Assembly: GCF_011386835.1 (NCBI RefSeq) | Contig: NC_088792.1 | Coordinates: forward strand, 172,856,001-172,920,000 | Reading direction: 5' to 3' | Length of the DNA stretch: 64,000 nucleotides | Origin: Chrysemys picta bellii | Lineage: Eukaryota | Shown here: positions 24,204 to 37,798 of the stretch, piece after piece | Position numbering within the stretch: position 1 is the stretch's first letter | Layout of the letters: each line of letters opens with the position of its first letter | Program-made: the position numbers and the translations under genes | Notes under the pieces: generated by a model | The model's database searches: none | The model's input: the letters and a program-made list of their open reading frames with translations, nothing else | What the model was told of the DNA's origin: nothing

Positions 24204-25270
24204 TCTATGTATGACTGAAACCTGGGTAGATGGTACCGCTGGCCCAGTTGGCTCCAGCCAGGTATTCAACACAAGGATTGACAGGCTGGCTCCAGGTGCA
24301 ACTGTGGTGTTAGTATCTGATTTGAAGTTCAGGAGGACTCCCACCCCCAAAACTGAACCACATGCAGCATGTCCATTTTGTATGAAAGTGCCAGGATGGT
24401 GCTAAAATGGGTGCTAAAGTACGTGTCAGCCCACTGCACAGTAAAGCTCTTTTGTCTTCTGTTGAAGTCCCCCGCTGAGATGGAACTGGAGGACTAAGGC
24501 CAACAGTGCTTAATATCGAACATCCGCATTGATGACAATGACTCTGTGATGGTTCAGATATTATGGCCACTGTGATGGTACAGGACTGTCCTAGGTGGCT
24601 GCTGGCTCTGCTCATACAGTTGGCCAGAGTCTGGATCTGCGGTTGGATTGGGTACGGAGATGAGACAATACGAAATTTTAACCAAACAAGGACCAATCAT
24701 TAAGTGTTATGACTTGAGGCTGTGGTACAACTCTCCATGGGGGTCAAGGAAACCTGTGTTGATAGGCCACACTCAGAGGCTAATGGAACCCAAGTTTCCA
24801 GAGGGCTCTGAGAGAGCCAACTGCAGCTGACCACTTTTTTGAGAGTATGCAGGAATGTGTAATGATTTTTTCACCTTCCGCTACTGAGCAAGTTTACCCC
24901 ATCCCCAGATTCATTCTCATAGGTTACCATGTTTTACAGATAACACTGTGACAGGGAAGGCTGTTAGGGCTGGTACGATGGGGGAGGATTATATCTGCCT
25001 GTTTAATCGAGGATGCGTGTCTGTCATTTATCACCTGGTACATTCACAATCTTGGGATACTGGTGGATTCCTAGCTGTTCTTAGGTAATTATATAGCAGT
25101 GGTGACCAGGATGGCTCTCTTTCATCCACTTCTGGCCAGGAGGCTGTGGCCACTTTTTCCAGATGTGCGCCTTGCTACCGCAACCCATGACTTTGTCATC
25201 TAGATATTAGAACTCCGCAGGGTGATCTAATATGGGGCTAAACTTTAAATCAACTTGGAGCTGAAGACTG
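24204..25270 (+). mobile_element. Old L2-clade LINE remnant (APE endonuclease plus C-terminal ORF2, RT core missing)
   Basis: CMTETWVDGTAGP at 24208; LKSP...NIRIDD...MATV..GLS..AHTVGQSLDL (24460-24640); HNLGILVDS...HPLLARRLWPLF...LATATH.FV..RLD (25045-25265). All frameshifted. Confidence 0.75.
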
Positions 25271-26882
25271 AGCTGTATATTACGGAAAGATCACCCCATC
25301 TCTTCCTCCTCTCCCAAATCTTGACTGGCAGAGATTAGTTTCTTTCCTTAAAATCGGTTTCTTCATTCCATTCACCTCAGTTCCTCCTAAACAGGACAAT
25401 AATGTTCAATTCAAACTCCACCACTCTCAATATTTGAGAAGAGTCAAAATTATTCAAGATGAATTATCCCTCCCTGTTATAATACACAGACACGCACTTA
25501 CTTCCATGGCAAACTACAGTAGTTGCCATTTAAAAGTTAATGGATACCACAGAATTATTGCTACCATAATTATTTCCTAATCTACTTCTAGAAGAAAACT
25601 ATGGTATCTTCAATGCCACCATACAGTAACTCCTGGCAAATACTGGGGCTTTTTAATGATAACCATCGTATGAAAGTATCAGAAATATACAGCAAAAAAG
25701 GAAAAGATGGGCCCAAAATAAATTTACAAAAGCTCTAGAACAATACCAAGTAATATACGGATTTACCATACACACACTAGTCCCAGTGTCCAGAATTTTA
25801 CACTTAATGAGATTATTATAATAATATAAACAAACAGCTCAGGACTGCCACAGAACAGTGTCTCCTCACAAGTGCCACCTACCATTTTGATAAATGGTGT
25901 CTTTCTTCCTTTCATCCTATACCTTCTTTTCCCATTTCAGGGTCTTTTTTTCTTCCTCCTAGTTTCACGATGTCACTATACTGATAACTTCTCTGCTATT
26001 TTTAACCTCATACTATAACAATGCTAAGTGACACAGTGCTGCTTCATTAGACCTTTCCCTCCTCTAGAAGGTAACCTGCTCCAAAGGAAATACTCGATTA
26101 CATGCATACTTCGCAAATCTAACGGTGCTGCTGTTCATAATAGGTGGCTGCTTTTGTTGTAGTAAAATCGAATCATGGTGGCCTTTTTTTCTTTTCTTTG
26201 ATAGCAAAACATTTCATGTGCATGCTACAAACGGGAATAGCCAAAACAAAACAGTGCAAAAGATGTCATGGGGGCTAATTTTCCTCTACAGATGGTGGAG
26301 TTGTTCATTTGAAGCATATTTGTTTCAGAATTTTGATAAGATTACAATCACTTCAATCAGGGAAAAGAAAAGGCATTCACCAGATATGAATCTGCATAAC
26401 AATTTCTTCTGTTAAATAAACAGGGAATGATAATCCACAATAGCCATTTGTGAATTTCAATTAATGTCACTTTCAGCTCCACTGCATGTCACAATAGGGA
26501 AAAGAGCCAAGGGACACAGGTCTTCAAAAGGTACAAACAAACAAGCAGCACATTATCATCCTGTTTCAGGTCTAGTAAGCATTTCCAAGCTAACAGACAG
26601 CCAAGCATGATGAAAGGCCTGTTTCATATGCACCAGCAGGGTTTCAGAGCCATCCTTTCCTCAGAGACAGACTATTGCATCTCAGCCACTCTATGTGCCA
26701 ATTCTGCACAAGAAATGCACTTGGTGAGATAATCTGCTTCCACAATTATTTCATTCAACAGGACAAGTGAATAAATTTACGTCAGCCCTCTGATTCTAGC
26801 ATTTCCTGATGGAACTGTGTATTGCTGGCAAAAATTAGCCAAGGGGCCTTGAACTATTCTCTTTCTAGCTTATCAACCAGAG

Positions 26883-27047
26883 CAGTGGCTCTCAACCCGT
26901 GGCCCAATCAGCACACAGCTGCGGCCCATGTGACATCCTCAGGACCATACAGGTAGTGTGTATGTATATGTATAGTGTGTATGTGGCCCACAAAACACAG
27001 AGAGCCACATATGCAGCCCACAATGGTAAATAGGTGGAGAACCACTG
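26883..27047. mobile_element. hAT MITE, 165 bp
   Basis: TIR CAGTGGCTCTC / GAGAACCACTG; TSD AACCAGAG / ACCCAGAG. Confidence 0.88.
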
Positions 27048-27995
27048 ACCCAGAGAGATAAGGGCATAGAGAAGACCTTTACGTGGATAGCTTTGATGCA
27101 TACTCATGAGCTCCTTAGATTATAATCATGTATGCAAATATTCTATTTTATAGATTATGGTCTAGTCTGAACAAACATGTCCTCAACTGAAGGACCATCT
27201 GTGCATTAGATCTGCAACACCAAAGAGGTCCTGCCTTCTAGTTAATACAGATTTAGTAACAAAACAAAAAAATTCTTTTGTTCACCTTTTACAGATTTTG
27301 TATTTCTAACTCTATACGATACCAAGAGAAATTATTAAACGAAGCTAGTGTCCTACTCTAAGGGCCAATCAGCACTGTAAAAGAGCTAAACTATAAGGGG
27401 GAAGGAGGAAATCACCATCACACCAGCATCAGGAAGAGTACATATTCTGTTTGCATTGAACAGAGTCAGAGAGCATGTCTGGGGCAGCCAAGACATCAGA
27501 AGCATATAGTAAACATGCTTGTAAAAGGCTATCACACATTTGGCCTCTAAGGTATAATTGTTTTAAAGATTAATGTCATGCACTCTGGACAGGCTCATCC
27601 TATGTGATGTGAAAATTGGGAGATTTAGACAACAAATTATGTCGGCTGCTGCCATCAACGTGCATTCACTGGAGGAAGAGAGACGATCAGACTGCAAGTG
27701 ACAGATTGGTTTTACATTAATGGGTATGTCTGCCTTCAGCAATAACATGCTACAATGATATAGGGTTTACACTGAAGCATTTGTAGGTAAAATACTATCT
27801 TGATCCACAATAAAAAGGACTGAACTTCACAGTGCAGGTTGTAGCTATATGGCAAAAAAACAGCAGAAGGACAAGAAGGTTATTTGCTTTTACTCTCCAA
27901 AAACATTCAGACACAAATTTTAACTTAAAGATAATATTAAAATGATACAATGTGACCTTGCTAGTAAAGCTGGTTGGAAAATTCCAGTCGACAAA

Positions 27996-28026
<31 letters not shown>

Positions 28027-28416
28027 AGCAACAACAAAACAGTTGGAAAAAGGTCAGGGGATGTTTCCCCCTCCATTTTCCAACCAGCTCTTATTTGCTA
28101 AGTAGCATATTTGTGTGAACATACAAAAAATGTAAGTTATTCTCTGGAGGGAAAATTGATTTCCCTGATTCACTTTTTGATGGAATGATTTTTGCAGATG
28201 ATACACACACTTAGAAAGATAATATTTGTTAAAGATACGAGGCTCTATTCAAATCAGGAGGGGGTTATAGATTTGAAATGGAATTAAAACATTCAGAATT
28301 ATAGGTTTTCATGTTTTATTTTCAGCTGTTTAGATTGTAAGCTCTTCAAAGCATGGACTGACCATTACACCTTTGTACAGAGCCTAACACATGGATTTTC
28401 ATGCATACCTAACATA

Positions 28417-28513
28417 GGCCCAGATTCCACAATCTGATCCATGATGCCGATCCTGAGTCCAATAGAGTTTCACAAGGGTCTGCCAACATAAATCCAATTG
28501 CAGGATCAGGGCC
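28417..28513. mobile_element. Short palindromic MITE
   Basis: ggcccagattcc ... tgcaggatcagggcc; preceded by an L2-type SINE tail at about 28330-28395. Confidence 0.55.
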
Positions 28514-28656
28514 ATCAAACTTAACTTTGGAAGAAGGTGCTTGGTGAAGTCAGTTGGCCTTTCACCTTTGTAGACATAATTTCAGTAAGTCGGAATTTGA
28601 ACTAACAAGTGAAATAAGTCGGGTCTCCATTAGATAACAGTCAGGAAAAATTAGTA

Positions 28657-29171
28657 CCGTATATACTTGTTCATAAGCTGAATATTTTTGGTAAAAAAGT
28701 GACGCATCAAAGCGTGGCAGTCGGCTTATAAACGGGTCTACACCAAAATTTGATGATTTTAAACTCTATGGAATCATTGAATTGAATATCCAATACAATG
28801 TTGCTTTCTTTACCTCGAGTGTCTGCAGGCACGGAGCCCCTCAGCTCCCTGTGGCCACAGTTTGCCATTCCCAGCCAATGGGAGCTGCAGGAAGTGGCGC
28901 CACTTCCCACAGCTCCCATTGGCTGGGAACAGCAAACTGCGGCCACTGGGAGCTGAGGAGCTCCGTGCCTGTGAACGCTCCAGGTAAACAAAACATCCCA
29001 ACCCGCCAGAGGCTTACCCTGATGGGCCGGGAGCCAAAGTTTTCCAACTCCTGAAATATAGGGTCGGCTTATGAAAGGGTCATACAGTTTTTGCTATTTT
29101 TACCTATCCATTTGGGGGGGGGGGGAGGTGTCAGCTTAAACACGAATGGGCTAATGAACGAGTATATACGC
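28657..29171. mobile_element. Tc1/mariner (pogo/Tigger-type) MITE with internal hAT-derived segment
   Basis: TA-CCGTATATACTTGTTCATAAGC ... GCTAATGAACGAGTATATACGC-TA; the internal segment ends ccaaagttttccaactcctg (hAT-type end). Confidence 0.85.
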
Positions 29172-29567
29172 TACTTTCTGCTTAAGAGGGACCCAGAGCT
29201 GTGTTAGATGCCTGGCTTTGGAAGGGTTTAGAAGCACTATGAGGAGCTGGGTAAGGAAGCTTGTGAAACTGCTGTCTGCAGTATGCCAGGCTCTAACCAC
29301 TGCTGCTCCCTCATTTACATCAACTTTATACCAATATTTTTTTAAAAAAATAATAATTATGTTACAGCCATTTTTTGGTCAACTAAACGTATCGAACACC
29401 ATTTTGGTAGTAATAGCACGAAGGGGTCGCAAACCAGAGATCCAGGCCTCAATGTGCTAGGCATTGTACAAAGTTATAGCCCAAAGATGGTCCCTGCCCC
29501 GAAGATCTTCTCATAAGATCTCAATCCTGCAAAGATTTACATGTATAAAGTTACACACGTGAGAAAG

Positions 29568-31180
29568 TGTGATGCTGGCAGGCACTTGCCAAGACTGCAG
29601 ACATTAGCTAACAACTGACAAACTCACAGCTGGAGACCAGATCAGTGCACCTGTATGTTAGTTTTGCTCAAAATAGGTCTTAGTCTTATAAGAATGTATT
29701 TAGTGTTCGGACTGTATGAAATGCTTGTAAGGTGCTGCATGCATTAATCTCACTTGCAATGTCTGTATTCCATGCCAGAGGTTCTCAAACTGTGGTCTGC
29801 AGACCACCAGTGGTCTGCAAGCTCTATTCAGGTGGTACGCGGACAGTTCCCTCTAAGGTGTGCGCCTGAGTGGACACACATGACAGAATGAAGGGCCACC
29901 CACGACAGAATGAAGGGCCACCCACCTAATTAGTGGAGCTGCGCAGGCATAGCTCCACTAATTAGGTGCCTGGACCCTGGAGAAGCAGCACATGTAAGGT
30001 GAGGTGGTGGCCTCGGGGGCAATAGGTTGTAGGTGGGAGGGGTCAGTGGGGTGAGAAGAAGGGGTGAGGGGAATTTGGGACATGCAGGGCTGTGGCGGCC
30101 AGAGAAAGAGGTGACTTTCCCCAGCTCCAGGGCTGCAGCTGCCGGGAGAGACGGCCCTCCCTCCCAGACCCAGTTCGGGGGCTGCCGTGGTGGGGAGAGA
30201 GGGCACATCCGTTGCATTAGAAAGGTAAGACTACTGATATTAAAATATGAGTTGTGTGCTTTTATTCGTAGAACAAAAAAAGTTGTTTATTAAGTTTTTT
30301 TTTTTAATATAGCGCTTTTATCCAAAGCACTTTACAATAGTTAGCTAACTGTATAACATTTGGAAAGATCATTAAGTGGTCTGCTGAGACCCTCAGCAAT
30401 TTTCAAGTGGTCCGCAGAAAAAAAAAGTTTGAGAACCACTGTTCTATGCTATGAGAAAATATGTACGTTTTTCTTTATAACTTTGAAAATGTTTGTTCTG
30501 AACTTGTGAACCCAGGCACGTGAATTATCCCTGCCCCCTCCACCCATCCGGAAGGATTATCAAAATCAGATGGAACATCGCAATACAAAGGATTGATTAA
30601 TGGCCCTATCATACCCATGGAGAAGTACATGCAGAAGGCCTCATCCCCTTGATTTGAATGCTGGAAGAAGGAAATAAAAATAGTTTGTGAAGATTTTTCA
30701 TCTCTTTGCTCTTTGAACTGTCACAGGGCCAGAGAAACCAAATTAAGGCCAGACAACCCCGGGGGTTCTCTCCTCAGTCCGCTCTGAAAGACACTTTTAA
30801 TTCGCACTTAGGATTTAGGTGGTAACTCATTTGTGTGTATGTTTGCTGGCTTTAATCTGTAAATAACTCTTATTTATCTTTCCTAGTTTATACACATTTA
30901 GATACTTTATTACAGGATTGGCTCTCTTTGGTGTAAAATCTAGGATACCAATTGATCTGGGGTAAGTGACTGGTCTCTTGGGACTGGAAGCAATCTGAAT
31001 GTTGTGTGATTTTTCTTGTAAGTGACCACTTATCACTAGGTCCAGTCTGCCTGGGTGTCAAGATAGACTTAAGAGTCTAAGGGGACTGTCCAGAAGTTCA
31101 CCTTTGTTACTGACTTGATGAAATCTAATTATAGGGTATCTGCCTACACATAGTTGTGAGCCACTCTAGACAGCGTGACA
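29568..31180 (+). mobile_element. Solo LTR (~940 bp) interrupted by a hAT element
   Basis: TGTGATGCTG ... CAGCGTGACA termini; 5-bp TSD GAAAG (29563-67, 31181-85). Confidence 0.88.
29776..30441. mobile_element. Non-autonomous hAT element, 666 bp
   Basis: TIR CAGAGGTTCTCAAAC / GTTTGAGAACCACTG; TSD TTCCATGC / TTCTATGC; perfect 22-bp tandem duplication at 29882-29925. Confidence 0.92.
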
Positions 31181-31477
31181 GAAAGCACTTACGTGATCAG
31201 GGCATAAACATATGATGAAAGACAACCAGTCGACAGACAGACAAGGGAGCACAAGGTAGCTGCAAGACAGGACAGACGCTAGCTTAAAATTGAGAAAAGA
31301 AAGGGATAGATCTTGAGGTCTGGTCTTAGAATCCTGCTGCTCATGGAATTCCCAGTTAATGGGAGTTCCGTGCACAGCAACTTTGCAGAATTAGGCCCTA
31401 AACTGGTAACATTCCAATTGATGTAGAAAGAAGGTTCCCCGCCCCCCACATTCCAGCATAACAAGGTTGGTATCATA

Positions 31478-31763
31478 GGCCTTGGCTACACTGGTGCTGT
31501 ACAGCGCTGCAACTTGCTGCGCTCAGGGGTGTGAAAACGCTCCCCCCCCCCCGAGCGCAGCGAGTACAGCGCTGTAAAGCACCAGTGTAATCGGAGCCTG
31601 CAGCGCTGCACGCTCGCTCGCAGCGCTGCAAGCTATTCCCCTTGGAGAGGTGGAGTACTTACAGCGCTGCGAGAGAGCTCTTGCAGCGCTGGCGGTGCGA
31701 CTACACTCGCGCTTCACAGCACTGCCACGGCAGGGCTGGGAAGTCCTGAGTGTAGCCAAGGCC
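31478..31763. mobile_element. PIF/Harbinger MITE, 286 bp
   Basis: TIR GGCCTTGGCTACACT / AGTGTAGCCAAGGCC (perfect 15 bp); flanks ATA / TTA; many cagcgctg palindromes. Confidence 0.9.
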
Positions 31764-32327
31764 TTAAGCTTCATCATTCCTTACAAATACAGCAAACTTC
31801 AAGCTAATTTCTGGGAGAGGGAAGTGTCAGATCTGATGCCAATGAAACCAGTTCTACACCACTACATCTGCTGTAGTAAAATTCCTATATTTGGAAGAAA
31901 CTTGCAACATAACAAGGGGCTGAGGAGGAAATGAGCCCTCTCAGAGGATCTGCTGGAGAAAGAGGGTTGTGACAGCAGTACTATGGAACATACTGGACTA
32001 TAACCCCGGTCTGATTATCTGGTAGGAAGTTCTTGGAGGGATGGAAATCCAGGTTCCTGTGTTTTGATTATCTTGTCTTCTGCTTAGAAAAGCTTTGAGG
32101 AAGGAACCTCACTGGACTGACTGTTTCTCCTGACCAAGAAGGGCTGTCTTCACAAAGAAAATAGGATTCCACAATAGAAAGCTGATGAAATGTTGCCATT
32201 TTTATATCTTTGGCCCTGTCCCCAATACAACTAAGCATAGTATTTTTGTAACCAGGCAAAGGCATGGTTAATTTAACTGGTTACAAGTAACACAGCAGAA
32301 TTGGGGATGCCAGAAAAGATGCTGTGT

Positions 32328-32329
<2 letters not shown>

Positions 32330-32365
<36 letters not shown>
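32330..32365. repeat. (AC)18 microsatellite
   Basis: Directly visible. Confidence 0.98.
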
Positions 32366-32369
<4 letters not shown>

Positions 32370-34479
32370 TCAAATCCATACCTACAGTATTACCAATTAC
32401 TGTGGGTGGGACATTCTGGGAATTAACTCATAGTGCTTCAGCTGCAGCTACCTGCACCAAGGATTCTGGGTAAATTTTCAGAGCCCTCACCCCCCCCACT
32501 TTTAATCTATGATTATGAGATTTCTTACACAGGGGTCATGGTTGCCATGTGGTAGCATGGAAACCTTCCTGTTATTGCATGTTGCTGCATCCTTCAACTT
32601 CTGAAAGCTAATGTTGGACAGCCTGGAAGAAGAGCTCGGCAGAAATGTTTGAACTGTAAACACTTTGGGGCAAGGAACAAGTTTTTGTTATTTGTGTGCT
32701 CAATGCCTGGGACAATGGGGTCCCCCTAAGGATACTGAGGTGCTACCCCAATATAATAATTTGGGGTAACTGGTAAATTTCATCTTAACTCAAAATTTCC
32801 TGACTTTTAAATGGCTGTTTTACTAAGATGATTTAAAAAAAAAAAAAAAAAAAAGTGAACAGAGTTTGAGCATAGAAGTTTCTGGTTGTCAGGGAATAAC
32901 ATACAGATTATCGAGGGTGCAAAGTTTGGTTTAAGATAAGGTGACATGAGGAATACATAATCTGCAATATCCCTGATTGGGGGTAAAAGGTTGATGGGTC
33001 AAAGTACAGACATTGAGATATGAGGGTATGAAGTTCATAAAGTGGCTAACTACATTTGGAAAGGACTTCTATCCTTGGGTAACTAATATGTACTTTAACT
33101 TTGCCATCACAAAGTTTTTTTTCTGGGAATTTCTTTTTATTTTCAGTGGAAAATCTCACTTGAAGGTGAAGAGCAGTGACAAAGTAACTGTTCAGTAAAC
33201 AGCTGACATCTGGCATTTCAACATTTTTTCCCAAAGTTTCCACAAAAAAACATGCAGTAAATTAAATAAACCCTATCATCACCCACCAGTTTTTGCCATT
33301 TTCTCAGAAATGGCCTAAAAAAATCTATAAAAGTTATTAAACTACTCAGCACCCAAGGCATGAATGTTGTTTTCAAAGGATAAAGAGCAATTGTATCAGT
33401 ATGTTGCTCAAGTCCTGCTACAGCCTGGATGGAAAAGTCCTGCCATTTCCTATTGTTTTACAGTACTTAGGTTCTGAAGCATCACAGTGTTAACATCCAA
33501 TAAGAAAATATGTTAACAAGTACATTGGAGAAATACAGTCCTCAGTCACTTTGCATAATCAATCTTTCTGAAAAGACAATCATTTTTCTCCAACAAATGG
33601 TCTGTTTCTGTAAATGGGAATGGTTTAAGAATTTTAAGACTGACAGTTTATGGTTTGGTCTCAGCAAAAGCCACAAAAATGTGCTTAACTAATTAACACA
33701 AAATTAAAGAGAAACTGAGTTTCTTGGGAAACGTCCAGGTGCATTGACGAGAAATGCATTTGACTCGTTCTGATCTCAAAAGATTAATGAACTGTGCACA
33801 CATCATGTAATTTTAACTGAAAAAGGTAGACGAAATGTATAAATAATGGTTTATTAATTATAGTGTGTGTTAGAAATGCAGCTATGACTTAACTCTTCCT
33901 TCCCGAATCTTAACTATTTCTTTATACATTTCACAGACTGAGACCTGTAATTACTGCTAACTACAGCACTGTTTAGTGTAATTTTTTTCTCTTCAATGTG
34001 ATCTATATTTTGTAGGCAAATATTAAACAGATTACACAAAAGAAAAAATAATTATCTTTCCATTATGACAATCAAATTGTTTTAGTTTCTATTGAAACAC
34101 TCACATTATTTACATTATGCAAGTGACAACATGACCTTTACCTTGCTTGCCACATATCCAGTCCTAGGGACATGCGACATCCAGTCACCACTCCTTTGGT
34201 CAGTGGATTCATTCTAACATGTCACATGGAAGAAAAGCTCCCATACCTAAGTCCCCTTTAATGGCAATAGAAGCAAACAGAAGGGTTGCAGATTCTGAGA
34301 CATAGGAAAACCTAGAGCTCCAATGCACCCTCCTCATATTTCATTCTCTTTTCCCCACACTGAGCCAGGAACAGTCAGTCAGTAGATCCACATTAGAAAA
34401 CGCAAAAAGCAATGGGTCTAGATCTGCATTGGGATCCGCTAGGACAGACAGACCTGCGTTCATTTTTCAGCTCTGACAC

Positions 34480-34625
34480 ACAGTCTATTTATGATCTGCC
34501 CTGTGCCTCTGAAATGAGGTAAGTACTTCCCTACCTCACAAAGCTATTGTGATGGGGAAAATGAAGGATTATGAGGTGCTCAGACACTGTGGTGAAGGGG
34601 TCTGTATAAGAGCCTAGACAGACAG
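34480..34625 (+). mobile_element. MIR-like SINE fragment
   Basis: ctgtgcctctgaaatgaggtaagtacttccctacctcac...tgtgatg...gaggtgctcagacactgtggtga. Confidence 0.6.
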
Positions 34626-35135
34626 ACCGACCGATCTCAGCACTCATGAAGAATGGGCCCAAAGCTACAGGGGCCCATACTAGCAGATCCCAATGAAGGA
34701 CTGGGGCCTGAAGTTGATACAGAAACTTTATCCGAATATAAATATAAACAGGAACTTTCCATACATTATTACAAAGAGACATCAAAAATATCTAGGACAC
34801 TCAGGTCTTGATTCATCAATTTACAAAGGTATATGTCTAATAATTCCATTGTCTTCCAATGAAATTATTAGACTCACATGGTTAAATGAGGCCTCAATTC
34901 AGCAAGGTACATGCCTAACAAGGACAATCTAACGAGTAACATTCTAAATTGCACTTTGCAGCATTCCCTTGAATATTTTGTGAAGAAATGTTGTAAGTAT
35001 TAAGTTTGCAAACTTATGATGATTAAAAATAATGATTCCACGGAAACAGTAGTGAGTAATTAATGTTTTACATTTTTGCCTTCAAGAGTCAAATCTCACA
35101 TTTTAAGATGAGTTAATATAAGCCTGAATAGTTAA

Positions 35136-35434
35136 AATGGGTAGGCAACCTATGGCACGCGTGCCGAAGGCTGATTTTCAGTGGCACTCACGCTGCCCGG
35201 GTCCTGGCCACCGGTCCAGGGAGCTCTGCATTTTAATTTAATTTTAAATGAAGCTTCTTAAACATTTTAAAAACCTTATTTACTTTACATACAACAATAG
35301 TTTAGTTATATATTATAGACTTATAGAAAGAGACCTTTTAAAAACGTTAAAATGTATTACTGGCACACGAAACCTTAAATTAGAGTGAATAAATAAGACT
35401 CGGCACACCACTTCTGAAAGGTTGCCGACCCCTG
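35136..35434. mobile_element. hAT MITE, ~300 bp (abundant turtle family)
   Basis: gggtaggcaacctatggcacgcgtgcc ... aaggttgccgacccctg; flanks AGTTAAAA / ACTTAAAA. Confidence 0.88.
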
Positions 35435-36145
35435 ACTTAAAACATGGAGACAGAGCAGTAACTTTTTAAGGGCTCACTTGAGACTTCATCTGAGCCACAC
35501 ATGCCTCCTGCACAAGGTTTCCCGTGGCATTAAGATAATCACCGCACAGTCCATCCGGGAAACAATGGAACACCCAGCATGCAGATTTCACCAAGACACT
35601 AACGAGTCACGGTATTCCAGTTTAAATGCCACTAACTAAAAATAATTGAACACAAGGCAGGTACTGGGAAAAATGAAAAAAGTGAAGTCACTGCAACTCC
35701 ATATTTTTGATACATAACCTTTATTTAAAAAAAAAAAAGTCATCAAAGCCAGGAAAATGTGAACAGTTCATCTGTATCCCTGAGTGATGTTTGCAGTCAA
35801 AATCAGGAGGAAAAAAAAAAGATTAAAGGAATTAATTAATTAATACCAATTAATTCCTTGCAAACCAAGAACTCCCATTGGAGTCAGTGCATTTGTGGGT
35901 GAGAGGAGCGGGGAAGGAAGAGGGAATGCACAAATTGGGCCCTCGGGAGAGCCACCAAGTATATCATTATTAAAGGGAAATCGCATTCAAAATCTCTGCT
36001 TGCTTTAAGCACTGAAAACAGAAAGAAGCATTTGAGTTCAACAATGTTAAACATATGCTTCTAAGTAAGACCGTCTTTTATTACTGTTACTATTTTCCTT
36101 TCCTGTATCTTCCTATTCTCTTGTTTTAATAGACCTTAATATTTA

Positions 36146-36369
36146 GTGCTTGTCTTTGTGGGGATTTACTCCAGAATAGCTATTCCATCTATGGACACTC
36201 TTATTCTGAATTAGTTTAATTCACTTCCAAAGTGAATTTAAATAACTTGGAATAAGGCACTTATTCCAGAATAAAAGCATCCGCAAATTGAGTCAATCAG
36301 GAATAGTTAATCTGCTTTAAATTCACATTCTACTTTATTCCAGATTAATTTTCATGCATAGAGAAGCCC
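36146..36369. mobile_element. PIF/Harbinger MITE
   Basis: TTA-gtgcttgtct ... agagaagccc-TTA; internal ttattccagaataa palindromes. Confidence 0.75.
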
Positions 36370-37798
36370 TTAGGCAAATTGTGCCATGTGTTACTGGTCA
36401 TCATGATAAATGGGTATCAACTGTTAAATGAGATATTGCATGTTAGCTAACTAACCATATGAAAATAAGACCAATAGTTCGGACAGCTGTTGCACTCGGC
36501 TTCTAATTTAGCCAGAAGTTTAATTTGATATTGCTAAATAACATTATTTTCACACTTATTCAATTAAACCTTGTCAGCAAAATTGAGAAATAAACAAACA
36601 TAAAAAGAGCATCTAATTAAACCTGCTTCCTTTGCAGTCTTATCCTAGTTCTAAGCAATGGAAATGCCTATTGTTCACTAATACTTGATAATCCACAAAT
36701 CCTTGCCTGTTGGTGGATGAACAGCCAAACACATTCTTTACAACATGTGATCTACTGGAGTCCAAAGAGGAGCCTGTTTTATGAGGAAGTTTTATTTTAT
36801 TTTGTCTTTAGCACTGGTTTCCATCACTGCAAACAAACACTCACCTGGTGATTTAAGGCCATCTAAGTTTGATATCAATTTTCTTTAGTTTTACCTTAAT
36901 TTAGCCTTCCCATTTTTATTCACTGTGTGGTAAATACTTGGTTAAAGAGACTATAAAATATAGAAGGGTGGTCACTATGTACCCCCCGCCTCCCAGAGCA
37001 TGTCCACATATTTGGCACAATATGCACTGTTAGTTTTATACTTTAAAAAATAGTGGGACTAACTTTGGCATTAATCACTAATTTTTACCTGCAATTTCTG
37101 AGAGAGTTTTAGGTACATACATTTCTCTCTTGCTCTCTCTCACTCTGTGTGTATAAATAGGTCAAGACTTGCCTATAAAAGGAATGCAAGGCTCTGCAGT
37201 ACCTGAATTAACTTTAATTTCTCAAGGAGAAGATGTCAGTCAGTTCAAGGCACCCAGGCAAAATCTGCAACTGTAGATTAGGCACTGAGAAAAATTGATA
37301 CACTTTGGTTATCACAAGCAGATATATGGTCTTTCCCATACCACTAAAATGAATATGAAAAATAAGGCAGTCAGTTACCCATTTCCCATCTTTCGACTTC
37401 TATCCAATTTTGGTTCCTTATTCTTATAAGGATTCCTTTCTTTCCTCAAGCATCTTCAAGGGACTCTCAGTATTAACATTCACTGCTGTTAGATGTGACT
37501 CCAATATATTTACAGCAGGGTTTGACAATAGAAGTACCACCAAGACTGGTACCAGAAGAGAATTAAATTACACATTGTTGCCATGGAATCCCACACAGCT
37601 GTTTCCCAGTCAGTACTGACAGATTTCCATCCCAGCATATAAAGTCCTCCATCAATCTCTTTCCTCGGAGGATACCTTTTACCTACTAAAATGTATTCAC
37701 TTCACCGTCTCCTATAGAGTCATGGGGGCAACAGAGGAGTGAAGAAGAGACCCTATTATGCCATAACTTCTGTTTTAGCACACTGGTTTTATCACCAC

